Below, piece by piece: positions 12,396-24,387 of a DNA stretch of 64,000 nt. This DNA is from Octopus sinensis (Eukaryota). The notes under the pieces were generated by a model. It searched no databases. It was given only the letters and a program-made list of their open reading frames with translations, and had not been told where the DNA came from. Position numbers and translations under genes: made by a program. Each line of letters opens with the position of its first letter. The stretch's first letter is position 1. The stretch lies in the NCBI RefSeq assembly GCF_006345805.1, contig NC_042998.1:116250001-116314000 (forward strand). Direction: 5' to 3'.

Positions 12396-12709
12396 AAGGA
12401 GCTTCTACAGGACTAGAACTGTTTCATTCAAAAGAAATCATCAGGAAGCACAAAAAATCCATATACACATCTATATACGCACTGGAAAAATGTAGGGTGC
12501 AAGGTAGAATAGAGAAAAATTATGTGTAAAAATATATAAGCAATAAAACTATAAAAAATATCTCTATAAATATATAAAAAATATATATAAATATATATAA
12601 GAGATATAAGTAAAAAACATAAGAAATATAAGTAAAAAGTATAGAGAGATGAAAGGCTCGTACAAGGACACTATATAGAAATTAAACAGAACATTTTGCT
12701 TTACAGTCA

Positions 12710-13601
12710 TTGGCTTGGCCAAAATGTCTGTTTGATTTTTAACAACACTTAACTTCAAGCTCTCTAATAAGTAGTTAACAGCAGTCTTTGTTTGCGGATG
12801 CAAACTCGTTAGATACTTGACTGGTGACGAGAGAGCGTGTACTTTATTTGCTTGGGATCACCTTTAAAATGTGGAACCAAAACGATCATAATTGGTATCT
12901 CATGCTTTTTTAGCTTAAAAAGGCAAGGAATTAGTGAAAACCTGCAAGAAAATATGTGGTGTGCTCAGAAAGGTTATTGTTACGGAACGTGTGTTCCAGA
13001 AGTGGTTTTCGAAATTTTAATCGGGAAATATTTCGATTCAAGAATGATCATAGATTTTCTTGAAATATAGAAATCAACTACTGAAATCTATATCTGCGCC
13101 AACCTGTTCACGTCAGCCCGCATTGATTGAATGAGGTTAACCTCGCCCAGTGGATATTAATCTGCGACTAGTTACAGAAACGCGAACGAAATGTTCCTTT
13201 ATTAAAGTGATTAGTGACAGGGGATGAAAAATAGATCATCTAAAACAATGTGACATGCAATCTATTATAACGAAATGGTGGTGAACCAGAACAAGCAAAC
13301 TCCGAAACAAGGCTTCTCCTGGACAAGATTACGCTTTCAATTATGTGGGGTTGGAAGTGTGTTGTCTTTTACAAGTTTCTTTCCACGGTCCTGACCATCA
13401 ATTAGGATGCCTACTGTAATCGCCGCACAAATTAAACGCATCGACCCACCACTACTCTCCTGTACTTGCTAATCGTAAATACCATGTTATCATCATGAAA
13501 ATGCCAGACCGCGCACGTCTTTGCAGATATGGTAATCTTGTGTTTAAAGCTTGTGCCTTATTTTCGCTTAAAAACCTGAACAGACATTTTGGCTAACCCC
13601 A
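12710..13601 (+). mobile_element. Highly decayed, internally deleted mariner element
   Basis: TIRs TTGGCTTGGCCAAAATGTCTGTT / AACAGACATTTTGGCTAACCCCA. Remnants FQKWFSKF, LVTGDEK*, LSIMWGWK, HHENARP. Confidence 0.8.
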
Positions 13602-13764
13602 TCGTACGGTTGAATAATAATTGTGGATCTGCATCACGTGTACATTATTTATTATTTGTTGTATTTGGAAGGTGGCCGTATTCGACATCGATTCAAACCA
13701 ATTTAAAAAGGAATACGACAAAGGATTGCAAATTGTATTATACTTTGTTAAGGACAAGTCATAT

Positions 13765-13841
13765 ATTAAGTTGGCCAGAACGGGAACCGAACATGGGCCA
13801 ACTTTGTTGCGAGGTGATTTAAAATTTTGTGCCAACTTAAT
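13765..13841. mobile_element. Tiny mariner-type MITE/remnant
   Basis: 11-bp perfect terminal inverted repeat ATTAAGTTGGC / GCCAACTTAAT resembling mariner TIR ends. Confidence 0.45.
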
Positions 13842-14336
13842 GACATGTGCGATAGTTATGACAAAATTTGTTGTCGGTTTCTATAATATACGCATTTTAA
13901 TCTCAGCGAGATGTCAAAAGAAAATATGATTTTGGTTGTTCAGTAAAATTCAAAAGCTTTCCCAGTCTCAGATTCAACGACATATCAGCATGACTGAAAC
14001 CTGAAACAAATCTTGAATATTTTAAATAAGATGTTAATGATCCAGATTTACAAGTTTGTGTATATAAAAATAAACATATCAAGAAGAATAACCTGGTGCA
14101 GAGAAGATGCGTTGTGACTAGAAAAACTGGAGATAGCAGCACGCGTTCAGGAAATATATAACGTAAGATGTAAATAAAAAGTAATGTCTAGCTAAAATAT
14201 GTCTATAACGGTTGATATTTTGTTGAGGTAATCATTAAGTAGTTACATACATAGAAATTTACATATACTCACACTCCCCTCTTCCCTCTCTCTCCCCCTC
14301 ATATATCTGCATATATCGAGGTATGGATACATGTGA

Positions 14337-14374
<38 letters not shown>

Positions 14375-14499
14375 ACATATATACATATATATGCGCACAC
14401 ACATATATACCTGCATTTGTATAGACATTTGTACATACGCGCGCATACACACACATATAGTATAATATAATAAGAAAGGAAAAATTATGTCAAATAAGA

Positions 14500-15460
14500 C
14501 GGTGATGAAGATTTGAGTGGAGACGATAGGTTCTCAAACAACAGTTTTCTCCGATGTAATATTAAAAAGTAAGATGTAGTCTATGTTTTACGAAAATATT
14601 TCTTTAATTTCCGTGACTGTAACAAATACGAACAATTGACAGCGATGATTGCTGCATATCAAGCGATGACTGTTCATAACATTTCAGGTGTCAGGTTTTA
14701 AGTAAAGGGACTTAAATATTTCACTGAATCCAATAAATGGATTTTGTAGTCTATGAACCTAATAATTGAGGACAGCAAGGTTTCTTCCATGTAACACTAT
14801 CTTTAATAGTAATATTCCTTCTAAAATAAGTATATCAGCCACCATGTTTCGACAACTGCGTGATCGGTTAGTCGTATTTTGATATGGTATACAATGTCGA
14901 TATTGAAGGTGCCAATTTTAAGCTATTGAGTGATATAGATAATTTTGACTGAAAACTTGTTAGCTTGTTGACAAAATACGCTAACTTCCAAACATCAAAT
15001 TAGTTTCATTTGATAATTGTAAAAAAGTGACCCATCTAGATGCATTTATGGCATTAACAGAGGCTCAAGCAGTCAATGTCTGAAAGATGCATATTTGACT
15101 TTCTTTAATGCAGAGCAAATGGAGTGCAAAATACATGTCAATTGTAGATGTGGCGTCCAAAACTTTTGCTAATCTTAGTGTGTTACAACATTCGCGTAAC
15201 TTTTCTATTCCTTTTTTTAACAAGGAGGGTCCAGGTATAAAAATCCTACTCCCGTTGCTGTAAAACGAGAACAGGAGTATTTCGTTGTGCATGAATTTGT
15301 TTAGGGTATATATCTGTTGCTTGTCAGTTTTAGTATCATCTTGAGAGTGAAAAACATTCGTCGCTTTGAGAACTTCAAGTTTTCTCATCAAGTATCATAG
15401 GTTTTGAATTCAGTAACATTCATGTTTATTGGAAATAGTAAATTTTGTGTTCTAATCCAG
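14500..15460 (+). pseudogene. Best-preserved mGluR-like Venus-flytrap (ANF receptor) unit
   Basis: In order: CNKYEQLTAMIAAYQAMTVHNISGVRF*VKGLKY (14618-14719; cf. QRLEAMLFAIDEIN..LPGVKLG), MDFV, SVSRILIWYTMSILKVPILSY (14864-14926; cf. SVSIQVANLLRLFKIPQISY), LVSLLTKY..N*FHLIIV (14956-15021), LDAFMALTEAQ (15036-15068), IRRFENF (15356-15376), YWK**ILCS (15427-15453). Confidence 0.7.
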
Positions 15461-16231
15461 TGACATATTAACTTGTTCATGTGTAATCCTCATGAATCAT
15501 TATCATAATACGAAGTATTACTTCAATAATTTTCTGAAAAATGTATTATTAATAAACATAAATTTTGCCAAATTTAAAGCGAAGATGAAAGTGAATAATG
15601 TAATCCTACCGAAACTATACTCCAAACAAAAAAAAAAGGAAAAAAGGAAACGTAAAATATAGAAAATAAGAAAGGAAAAACGAAAAAATGACTATCATGG
15701 TTAAACTGTCTTTGATCAATGCGATGCCTGCTGATCATGGGTTACTTGCGGCTAAAGACAAAAGTAGGTCTTACACACACACAGATAAAATAAAATGGCA
15801 TGCGTTTTATAGCTAGAGGTGTTTGTCTTTTTAGATTTTAAAATATCTGAATAAAATAATCAACCGCATATATTAAGGATTTGTTAAATATTCATACAAA
15901 GAGAAATATCAAAAATATAAAATAACTGGATAAGATAATTATGCCGTAGTGCATAATAGCATGCTGTGTTATGAATCAGGAGAATTAATAGTTGGTTTTG
16001 TTGATATAATATCTTTCTCTATCAAACTATATCCTCTTCAAATATATACAGCTAACGTAAAATATTTTAAAAAGTTAAAATATTTTAAAAAGTTAAAAGT
16101 TAAAATTTTAGTGATATAAGTATATACATTAAAGGTGGTAGGCGTTAATATGCACACTACTCACATGCATAACCACGCATGTATGTGTTTATATACATAC
16201 GAAGTCATGTGGTGTACATAACAAACAGATG

Positions 16232-16279
<48 letters not shown>

Positions 16280-16710
16280 CAAAATATAAAGTTATATCTT
16301 GAGTGACAACAACGCTCAAGATATACAACGGACTGGTAATTGAAATGCTCCAATGAGCTGTATACACTTTTTTATCCAAGAGGAGACTATGCGAGCAACA
16401 ACCACAGGGACATCACAAAATTCAAAGACAGACCAAACACATACAACTCTTATATACTAATTTATATCTAAACATTCTGACATTTAAAAAAAAAATTAAT
16501 TCAGTAATATATAAGTATCATATACAAATAAAAATATAAATATAAATATAAATTTTAGATATAACACGCGTAAAACTGTTCGAATAAGATAAATAAATAT
16601 AATGATAATAAAATTAAAATATGGCATATCAAAAGACGAATAAAATTCCGGCGAATAGTACATAGAATATAATACATATACAAGCTTACAAAAATACAAG
16701 ATATACAGAA

Positions 16711-16810
16711 GTCCATCTACGGGCTGTTTCGGGGATGTGCCAAATAATATTAGACATATCACTACTTAAAATAGTACTTAAAATTGACACTCCCGTCATC
16801 AGGATGTCCT
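16711..16810 (-). ncRNA. Type I hammerhead ribozyme with long stem II
   Basis: CAUC-CUGAUGA-C-GGGAGUGUCAA..UUGGCACAUCCCC-GAAA-C-AGCCC-GUA-GAUG: canonical core, stem I CAUC/GAUG. Confidence 0.75.
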
Positions 16811-17678
16811 ATACAACACATATAAAACATGACCAAATACACAAATACACAATCACATATCGGTCATTCTCAGAACACGGCATTTACGTACTCCCAGAAA
16901 TATTTTCGTCGATCCTGAATGGAACTTTATACGCATACAATTCGATCCAGCCGCCATAGTAAATTGTATGCACACAGCGTCATCTGGACCATTTCACTTC
17001 AGCACTTATTCTATTTTATTTTATTTTATTTCAATTTTATAAATTCTCCCATACATGCAAAACCACATATTCAGGTTCGAGTACTCGACTAACAGCTGTT
17101 TTTTTAATAATTACATTACTTTAGTTTTATCTCGTTTACCACTCACTATACTTAGTAAACTTAATTCAATTGTTATTGCTTAGCTCTAACTTTTATTGCT
17201 ATTTCTATTTCTAAATATCTTATGGAACATCGAGTGGATCTTATGCATACACACCGGTATTGCATCAGTGAACTTATTTAACACTGCGTTGTTGTAATTT
17301 TTCAATATAGTATATGCCTCCCTTATGCATAAACCGCATCTAGTGGACCCAATTCTATAAGGGAAGGCATGCGCAAGGATTGCCTATTATATTTTAAATT
17401 CAACATTCCTTTCCTTAAGGTCATTAACATGTAATGCCAATGTTGTAGAGGTCCTATATTTAGGATTGTTGAAAGAGCTCAGGTGGGATCGATACCTCTG
17501 CTTAAAGTCTACTGTATTTCCAATATATATATTTATCTGGCCTCCTTGTGACTCAACACTACATTTATAAACTATATTTTCCTGGCGACAATTTCCGCTA
17601 ATCGGACATTCTGATGGGTCCCTACAATTACATTTCTTCAACCTGCTACGGGGTCCCGTATTATTGATCACTCCGAAA

Positions 17679-17743
17679 CCATACCCCCTCCCAGTACTAC
17701 GATCCGCCATATCCGCGGATCGTAGTACTGGGAGGGGGCATGG
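17679..17743. repeat. Perfect hairpin: 24-bp arms (17684-17707 / 17715-17738), 7-nt loop
   Basis: CCCCCTCCCAGTACTACGATCCGC-CATATCC-GCGGATCGTAGTACTGGGAGGGGG. Confidence 0.95.
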
Positions 17744-18044
17744 AAATACTAAATATTAATATAAAAAGCCAAGTGCAATGTGGTACCATAAAAGAAGAAT
17801 TCAATTGTCACTAAGTTAGACTTTGGATTCCGGAGTACCTACTTTGCGAGAAATACACGTTAACCTTGTCTTAATGTTGTAGGAGGAACGCAAAATGTAC
17901 GACTAGAATGTGTTAGATCTTGACCGGGGATACTCGAAGCGGTCATAGGGCGTTGGCTTCCCTGTCAGCATGTGTGTACAGTCTGTGCTCCTCCTACAGC
18001 ATTAAGGGATTAAGAGTATTTAAAATCCTATCTCAAGCAATGTA

Positions 18045-18106
<62 letters not shown>

Positions 18107-18384
18107 TACGCACGCATATATATATATATGTAAATATATATGTGTATGTATGTATATAATTGTTATCACAGAAGGATATAGCTGAATAGAACAACCTGTC
18201 TCATTATTGGTTTCGACAGTTAAGTTCTAACGGAATCTGTATATAAACTCATGCAATACTAAATCACATATATTGCATATTTGATGAATTTCGAAAGCAT
18301 TCAATGCATGCAGCTGTTTTGGACAACCAGCTTATGTATATCATACATTCAAAGTTACACTAATATCATTTTAATATATAGATA

Positions 18385-18550
18385 GGCGCTGAAGTGGCTC
18401 TGGGCAGATTGTTTGGCAAACTCATGATTCCGAATTCAGTAGTCCAACATTTTGGCACCTTGGACAAGTGTGGTCCAAGCCATATTCTTGTCCGTGAATT
18501 TGGTTAAGGGGAACTGGAAGAATCTCTTCTTATCTCTCTCTCTCTCTCTC

Positions 18551-18603
<53 letters not shown>

Positions 18604-18811
18604 TCCGGGTTGTACGTGCGTGTTTGTGTGTCTTTGTATCTCTTTGTCCCCCACCTCCGCTTCACAACCGGTGTTCGTGTGTTCACGTTCCTGTAACCCA
18701 GCAGCTCAGCAAAACAAACTGATAGACTAAGTGTGAGGCTTAAAAATAAATACTGGTCCCGCTTAGTTTCACTAAAAAGATGGTGCCCCAACATGGCCGC
18801 AGTCTAAATGA
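18385..18811 (+). mobile_element. tRNA-derived SINE, diverged, with internal (TC)n(TA)n
   Basis: Collinear with head 2667-2793 and tail 3430-3631. Confidence 0.7.
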
Positions 18812-18891
18812 TATATATGCTCTACACGTACATACACGAAAAACACAGTTATATTTAGTTCATGAGCACGTTTGATTAATGAGTACACTTA

Positions 18892-18943
18892 CTAAACCAC
18901 AAGAACATGCTAAACCACAAGAACATGCTAAACCACAAGAACA
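18892..18943. repeat. 18-bp tandem repeat CTAAACCACAAGAACATG, about 3 copies
   Basis: Read directly from the sequence. Confidence 0.9.
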
Positions 18944-21847
18944 ATGACAACGTTTCTGTTGTAGACAATGTTTCTGTTTGTTCCTGACAAAGAAATTTGC
19001 TGAGATACGAGAGCAGAGACTTCAATTTCGTTCGTTAATTTGTGGCAAATATCTATGCCCTAATACGTTTATAATACAAATAATTCCGGAGTTAACTTAC
19101 CCTTCTACTTTTGCGGTGTCGAATCGGTGAATACACTTAAAGCATTGGAATCGATTTTAATTAAATATATAACCGCACACTATGCAGCATTCTACCCATG
19201 ATAAATATTATTGCCAAATAATTTTATTCAACTAAGTATAGTTCATATTTCTACATTGCGAAAACTGACATGATGAAGTGCAGACCTAAACAACTTCAAG
19301 TTAATCTCTAGACTGCATCACACAAACTCCAGAAGATACCAGTTTGCATCTGTCAGAGAATATGATGTAGGGCACTCTTATTCATGAAAGAAAACTAATA
19401 ACACTCTTCCAGATGTCAGCATTGGCATAGAAATATACAATTATGGTGGGAAGAATTATACTATGGATATTTGTAATTATTTAAACATTACTAATACAAA
19501 AGTAATCTCCACCAGTAATTCAAGGATGTACATATACTTATCAATTACAACAGAAGAGGAACCAACTGGACTGTCGGGAAGCACTTATTTCGATTTCCGC
19601 AGGGACTTAGAAGTCCTTTTGTTTTGAAATAATAATATTATTTCAAGCCAAATAGACATAATAGAGAACTCTATATTCTAAAATCTTTCCACCCAAAGAT
19701 TCCACCTGTCTGAATAACTGTGTATAATGAACCAGCAAACAATCTCGCTTAACAGAAGATGTGAAGTAATTTCTATTATATGAGGCACAAGAGCTTTTCT
19801 CTTGACATATTTTCAATTGAATGTCAAAATAAAGGATCGATCTCTCTACAGAAAGATAACAAGGTGTAGCCTCCCATGGTAACATATGTCACTCATAAGG
19901 AAACAAGTTTTCCTTCATGCAAGCGGTACTCTGTAATGTGAATAGTCAGTGGTTTTTAACCGTTTCCAATCACGAGCTGCTTTTACCAAAGGGAAACACG
20001 TTTGCGAAAAATCATTAAGAACCTTCCTGTCACGTCGCATGCTGCTGAAAACTCCCTCAGGATGAACATTTAAATGATTTTTCACATGCTTTATGTACTT
20101 AAAACGTCTGAGTCATGGAAGTTTGAGCAACTATCTGTCAACAGAGGCAGAGACGTCCATTTACATGAATGGAAAATAATATAATTTTCATCTGTATCTG
20201 TGTGTGTGAGTACGTGTGTCTTTGTGCCTCTGCGTCGGAGGGTATAAGTGCATATTTGCGTGTGTTACTGTTTAGCAAGAATTCTTTAAGATAAAGCACC
20301 TTATTACATATCACATGATTTATACTCAGGATACCATGTCGATGCGTTTGATTTCTTGGTAGGTCTAACATTATTAAAGTTGGCGAAAGATCTGACATCA
20401 AGCTAATATATGCTTCACCTATCATACATATATATATAAATTTTGATATGCATATATGTATATATACATATATGCATATATATGTGTATGTGTGTATGTG
20501 TGTACATAACACTGTTACTCCAGCAGTATGGACGCAGATAACAGTTGCTAAGTTTATTTTACTATAATTAAATCATTCTTTAATTTTCGCTTCATGAGTT
20601 TGGGAGCATATATATTTTCCATAACGTGGTATCTTCCAATACAATCTGTGTGAAATGAGATGAACAAAAGCTGTGGAAAAATGTCGAATGGCCTGCATTT
20701 GTAATTTTAAATTCCAGGCTCGTCAGAAAGTGTCTAAGTGTCTATAGATTACTCAAGGCCTTACATTAAAATATGAATAACTGGAATAATCACTGTCGAA
20801 AGTGACGGAGAGCCATTTACATTTTTTTAATACTGTTATGATAAAGCAAATGCTGCTAAGCTCATGATTGCAGACCTGTTTGCTAGTTTATTCGATGACA
20901 GCTTGTCAAAACAGAAAATGAAGAATGTGAGTTTCATGCATTCAAACTTAGGGGTGGTCATTTTGAAATTGTTTCGCATAGCATTTCGAATATTTCAATA
21001 CTGTGAAGATTGATGAGCTCCCATTAACGGTTTTACTTTCATAGTTCCGTACATTTAGCTTCAGTATACATTGTTTGTGTATACAGTCTGTGGAATATAC
21101 TAAAATTGCATAGATGTTCATCTAGAAACCATTCACTTATTTAAACAACAGTGCAACTTATAATCAAAGGAAATTACAGACGATATATAATTAAACGAAA
21201 CTACAACAACAAAAGTACATCTGTTAAAAATCATTTTAATTATATTTGAAACTTTCATTAACCTTTTTGTCTGTAATTACTTTATCTAATCTACTTCATC
21301 GACAAGCTGTTGCTACGCTATTATACCATCTACAACATCATATCTGAATCAATCAGCATTTAAGATTGTTCGCTGTTTTATGTACGTTTCCATATTTTTA
21401 ATCACTACTCTATCAAACAATACAAGGTGCTCACTCTACGCGCTAAGAACGTAATTTAATTAAGACCTCTTGTCCAACTTCACATCTACTATAAGATGTT
21501 GAATTATATAGCTAAATGACGTCGACTGATTCCGCATATTTCTCAATATGCCAAATGACATTTACATATAGATAATTTCATGGTATGGTCATAGGCATAT
21601 TAAACTATAGTATTATTGGCATACATATAAATGAAGTGTACATAAATGTTTTGCCACTACGTGGATTGTGATTCAACAGAATGCGAGATATGTTGGCCAA
21701 GTATATTTTATCACAGTCTCGGGTTTTCCAAAGGCTTTTGAGTGATGGTTGGCATATGGAAAATATGGTGGATGACCGGTCTGCATCTTGACTGGTAGAC
21801 TTAATCGGCTTATAACCATTATGTCCTTTGTTTATACCTTTAGCTTA

Positions 21848-21919
21848 GTTCAGTCTGGTGCAAACATTGAGGTATACATACATGTGTAGGTATACCTAAA
21901 TGCTTGCACCAGACTGAAC
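21848..21919. repeat. 72-bp palindrome (35-bp arms, 3 mismatches, 2-nt centre)
   Basis: GTTCAGTCTGGTGCAA..GGTATAC..GTATACC..TTGCACCAGACTGAAC. Confidence 0.9.
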
Positions 21920-21932
21920 CTAAGTATATAAG

Positions 21933-21970
<38 letters not shown>

Positions 21971-23154
21971 ATATAATATATATATATATACATACATACA
22001 CAAAAGCACAGGCATATTCATAAGTATGTATATTATATATTTTGTATATACCATATATATATATTATTTATATTTTATCAATATGCATTGTAAATATACA
22101 TCCATTATGTATGTTAAATCCTAGATATATTTATGTATTACGCACACTCACACACACTCATACTTACACACATGTGACAACATATAGTGAAATATTTTCT
22201 TAATATATATCGATAGAGTGTTTTCGCATCATAGTGACAAGCTACGAGAGTTTAGCTAAGAACATTGTAATCTTTAGTGAACAATGTCTGAAATAATTAC
22301 ATTGAATGAATTATCTCTTATAAATTCACAATGACAGTAAATATTGTAAATTTACTTACAAGAGTGGTAAACAAATAATGAAAATATTCTGTTGTCATGT
22401 TTAATTCCAACGCCTGTAATAAAAAAGAAAGAAATATATTTATCATTTTAGAGAGATTGTATACAAAGTACAAAACAAAAATAATGATTAATCTTACAAG
22501 GTATGTGCTACACAGTTAACTCACCCTGCACGAAGAATCCACTGAATATCCATAAAATCATTTCTATCATTTAAATATGTAACGAGCTGCAACATTAATG
22601 CTTCCAGGTATTCTAAAGAAAAGTAACATCATTGCAGCAGTTATAACTTTAATCATATCTGCTTTGTCTAAACATGCCTGCTACAGGTTAAACAATAACT
22701 AACATAGTAAAAGAATATTTCTGTAAAATAAATATTGATGTTAAAATGGATCAAAACACAAAAGAGTGACAAAAAGCAAAATTTAAACACACTGGAACTA
22801 TCTTAGTCTGTGTAATATTCTTAATTCTTAATTATATATATATATATATATCAATATGGAAGATATAAGGTAAACTGGATGAAAATTTATACTAATGCTA
22901 TGACATTATTTTAATTCTCTAACAGCGTTCCGGTACACATGTTTTATATATTTTGCTGAGTAGGTTGGCCAGTAGATTTTGTAGAATCATATTTGCTAGC
23001 TAAAATTCACTTCACTTCTGTTTCTTAGTTTATCTGATCTACTTAGTGAGATCGATTAAAAAAAGTAGCAGGAAATGCAACAATGACATTTGGTTTAAAT
23101 CAAAAATCAACATTCTGTTGAAATATAGCTGGCTAAAAGCCGAACATCGGTTTA

Positions 23155-23412
23155 GCGTCGTCGTCGTCGTCATCGTCATCGTTATCATCATGATCATCAT
23201 GATCATCATGATGATCATCATCATCATGATCATCATCATCATCATGACCATCATCATCATCATCATCATCATCATCATTATCATCCTCATCATTATTATT
23301 ATCATCATCATCATTATTATCATCACCATCATTATTATCATCATCATCATTATTATCATCATTATCATTATTATCATTATTATTATTATCATTATTATTA
23401 TTATTATTATTA
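23155..23412. repeat. Compound trinucleotide microsatellite (GTC)n(ATC)n(ATT)n
   Basis: Read directly. It explains the poly-I/M/D ORFs. Confidence 0.95.
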
Positions 23413-23461
23413 AGGCGGCGAGCTGGCAGAATCGTTAACACGCTGGACGAAATACTTAAAG

Positions 23462-23870
23462 CATCACAAACATATGTGCGCGACACGGTGATCTTATGTC
23501 AAGAGAAACAGTGCATGATCTTGCAGTTGGGGCCCATTTAGCCAATCCAGCTCAAAAAGGTCCCTGAATTCGGGTTCTTTAAGGATATTGAACAAAACAC
23601 CCATGCTTCCAGATGTGAGTGATTCAAACTCCAAAGAATTCCTCTCCCCCTACTTGTGCTCGTAATCAAAGATTAACATATCGTCAGCCACTAAGGGACA
23701 TGTTCAACTGGTAATGGTCAAGCAACTAACAAGCAATTCTGTGGTATTGGGCAGAATATTTCCTGTAGCCCATCTTTTATACTAAGACATAACAATGTAC
23801 ATGATGACACTTCCAATCAGTTAAGATAAGAAGCCATGAGAGTCACTGCTTGATACTGTACCAGGGCATT
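23462..23870. mobile_element. Unclassified interspersed repeat (probable LINE 3' region); internally deleted copy at 38700-38872
   Basis: Shared GCGACA.GGTGATCT....TCAAGA.AAACAG.GCATGA and AGAAGCCATGA.AG.CACTGC.TG.TACTG blocks. Confidence 0.55.
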
Positions 23871-23907
23871 TATTATTATTATCTGTTTTTACAGTAAACT
23901 GTTCAAA

Positions 23908-24387
23908 ACAAAAATGGAGTATGTTGAAATACAGCTAAATTTTACCATAACCGCACGATTTAAAACTAAGAAATCAGAGGAAATAATGTTATTGGGTAAA
24001 TTCTATATTACAATTCTGCTTGTTCCTTCGTTTCCAGGTTACGTTTGAGTTTTTTAGAGAGAGGGTGAGGTGGAGTGAGAGAAGTGCGGATTGAGAGTGA
24101 CAGAGATGGCGGAGAGTAAGAAACAGGGAGCGGCAGTGAGTTAGCAGATACAAAAATGGAGTATGTTGAAATACAGCTAAATTTTACCATAACCGCACGA
24201 TTTAAAACTAAGAAATCAGAGGAAATAATGTTATTGGGTAAAATCTATATTACAATTCTGCTTGTTCCTTCGTTTCCAGGTTACGTTTGAGTTTTTTAGA
24301 GAGAGGGTGAGGTGGAGTGGGAGAAGTGCGGATTGAGAGTGACAAAGATGGCGGAGAGTAAGAAACAGGGAGGGGCAGTGAGTTAGC
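23908..24387 (+). repeat. Recent tandem duplication, 242-bp unit x2
   Basis: CAAAAATGGAGTATGTTG starts at 23909 and 24151; only a handful of substitutions. Confidence 0.95.

Larger units (their letters stand above)
16400..17743 (-). mobile_element. Penelope-like element 3' fragment with Naiad-type GIY-YIG endonuclease and AT-rich 3' UTR/pLTR
   Basis: CNCRDPSECPISGNC (CxCx5C linker), IVY..YIG..FKQRYRSH; read through two stops: AFPY..RCGLCIRE..LN..CMH. Hammerhead motif downstream. The 3' boundary is approximate. Confidence 0.82.

Noticed and set aside
15065-15391. 108-aa minus-strand ORF
   Set aside because: It is antisense to the VFT-like unit on the + strand and has no recognisable motif of its own.
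17386-17389. Selenocysteine read-through in the Naiad endonuclease
   Set aside because: The stops are TAA/TAG, not TGA, and are not at Cys positions.
18892-18943. Short direct repeats as a CRISPR-like array
   Set aside because: Head-to-tail repeats with no spacers, in a eukaryotic context with no cas genes.
920-19370. Idea that stops at expected Trp positions (TAA 929, TAG 944, TAG 15001, TAG 19368) are repaired by cephalopod A-to-I editing, making the receptors functional
   Set aside because: The same regions have frameshifts, stops at non-Trp positions and TE insertions that editing cannot fix. TGG>TAG is also an ordinary transition and occurs in the dead transposons too.
23039-23486. Poly-Met/Ile/Asp ORFs
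   Set aside because: These are translations of a trinucleotide microsatellite.
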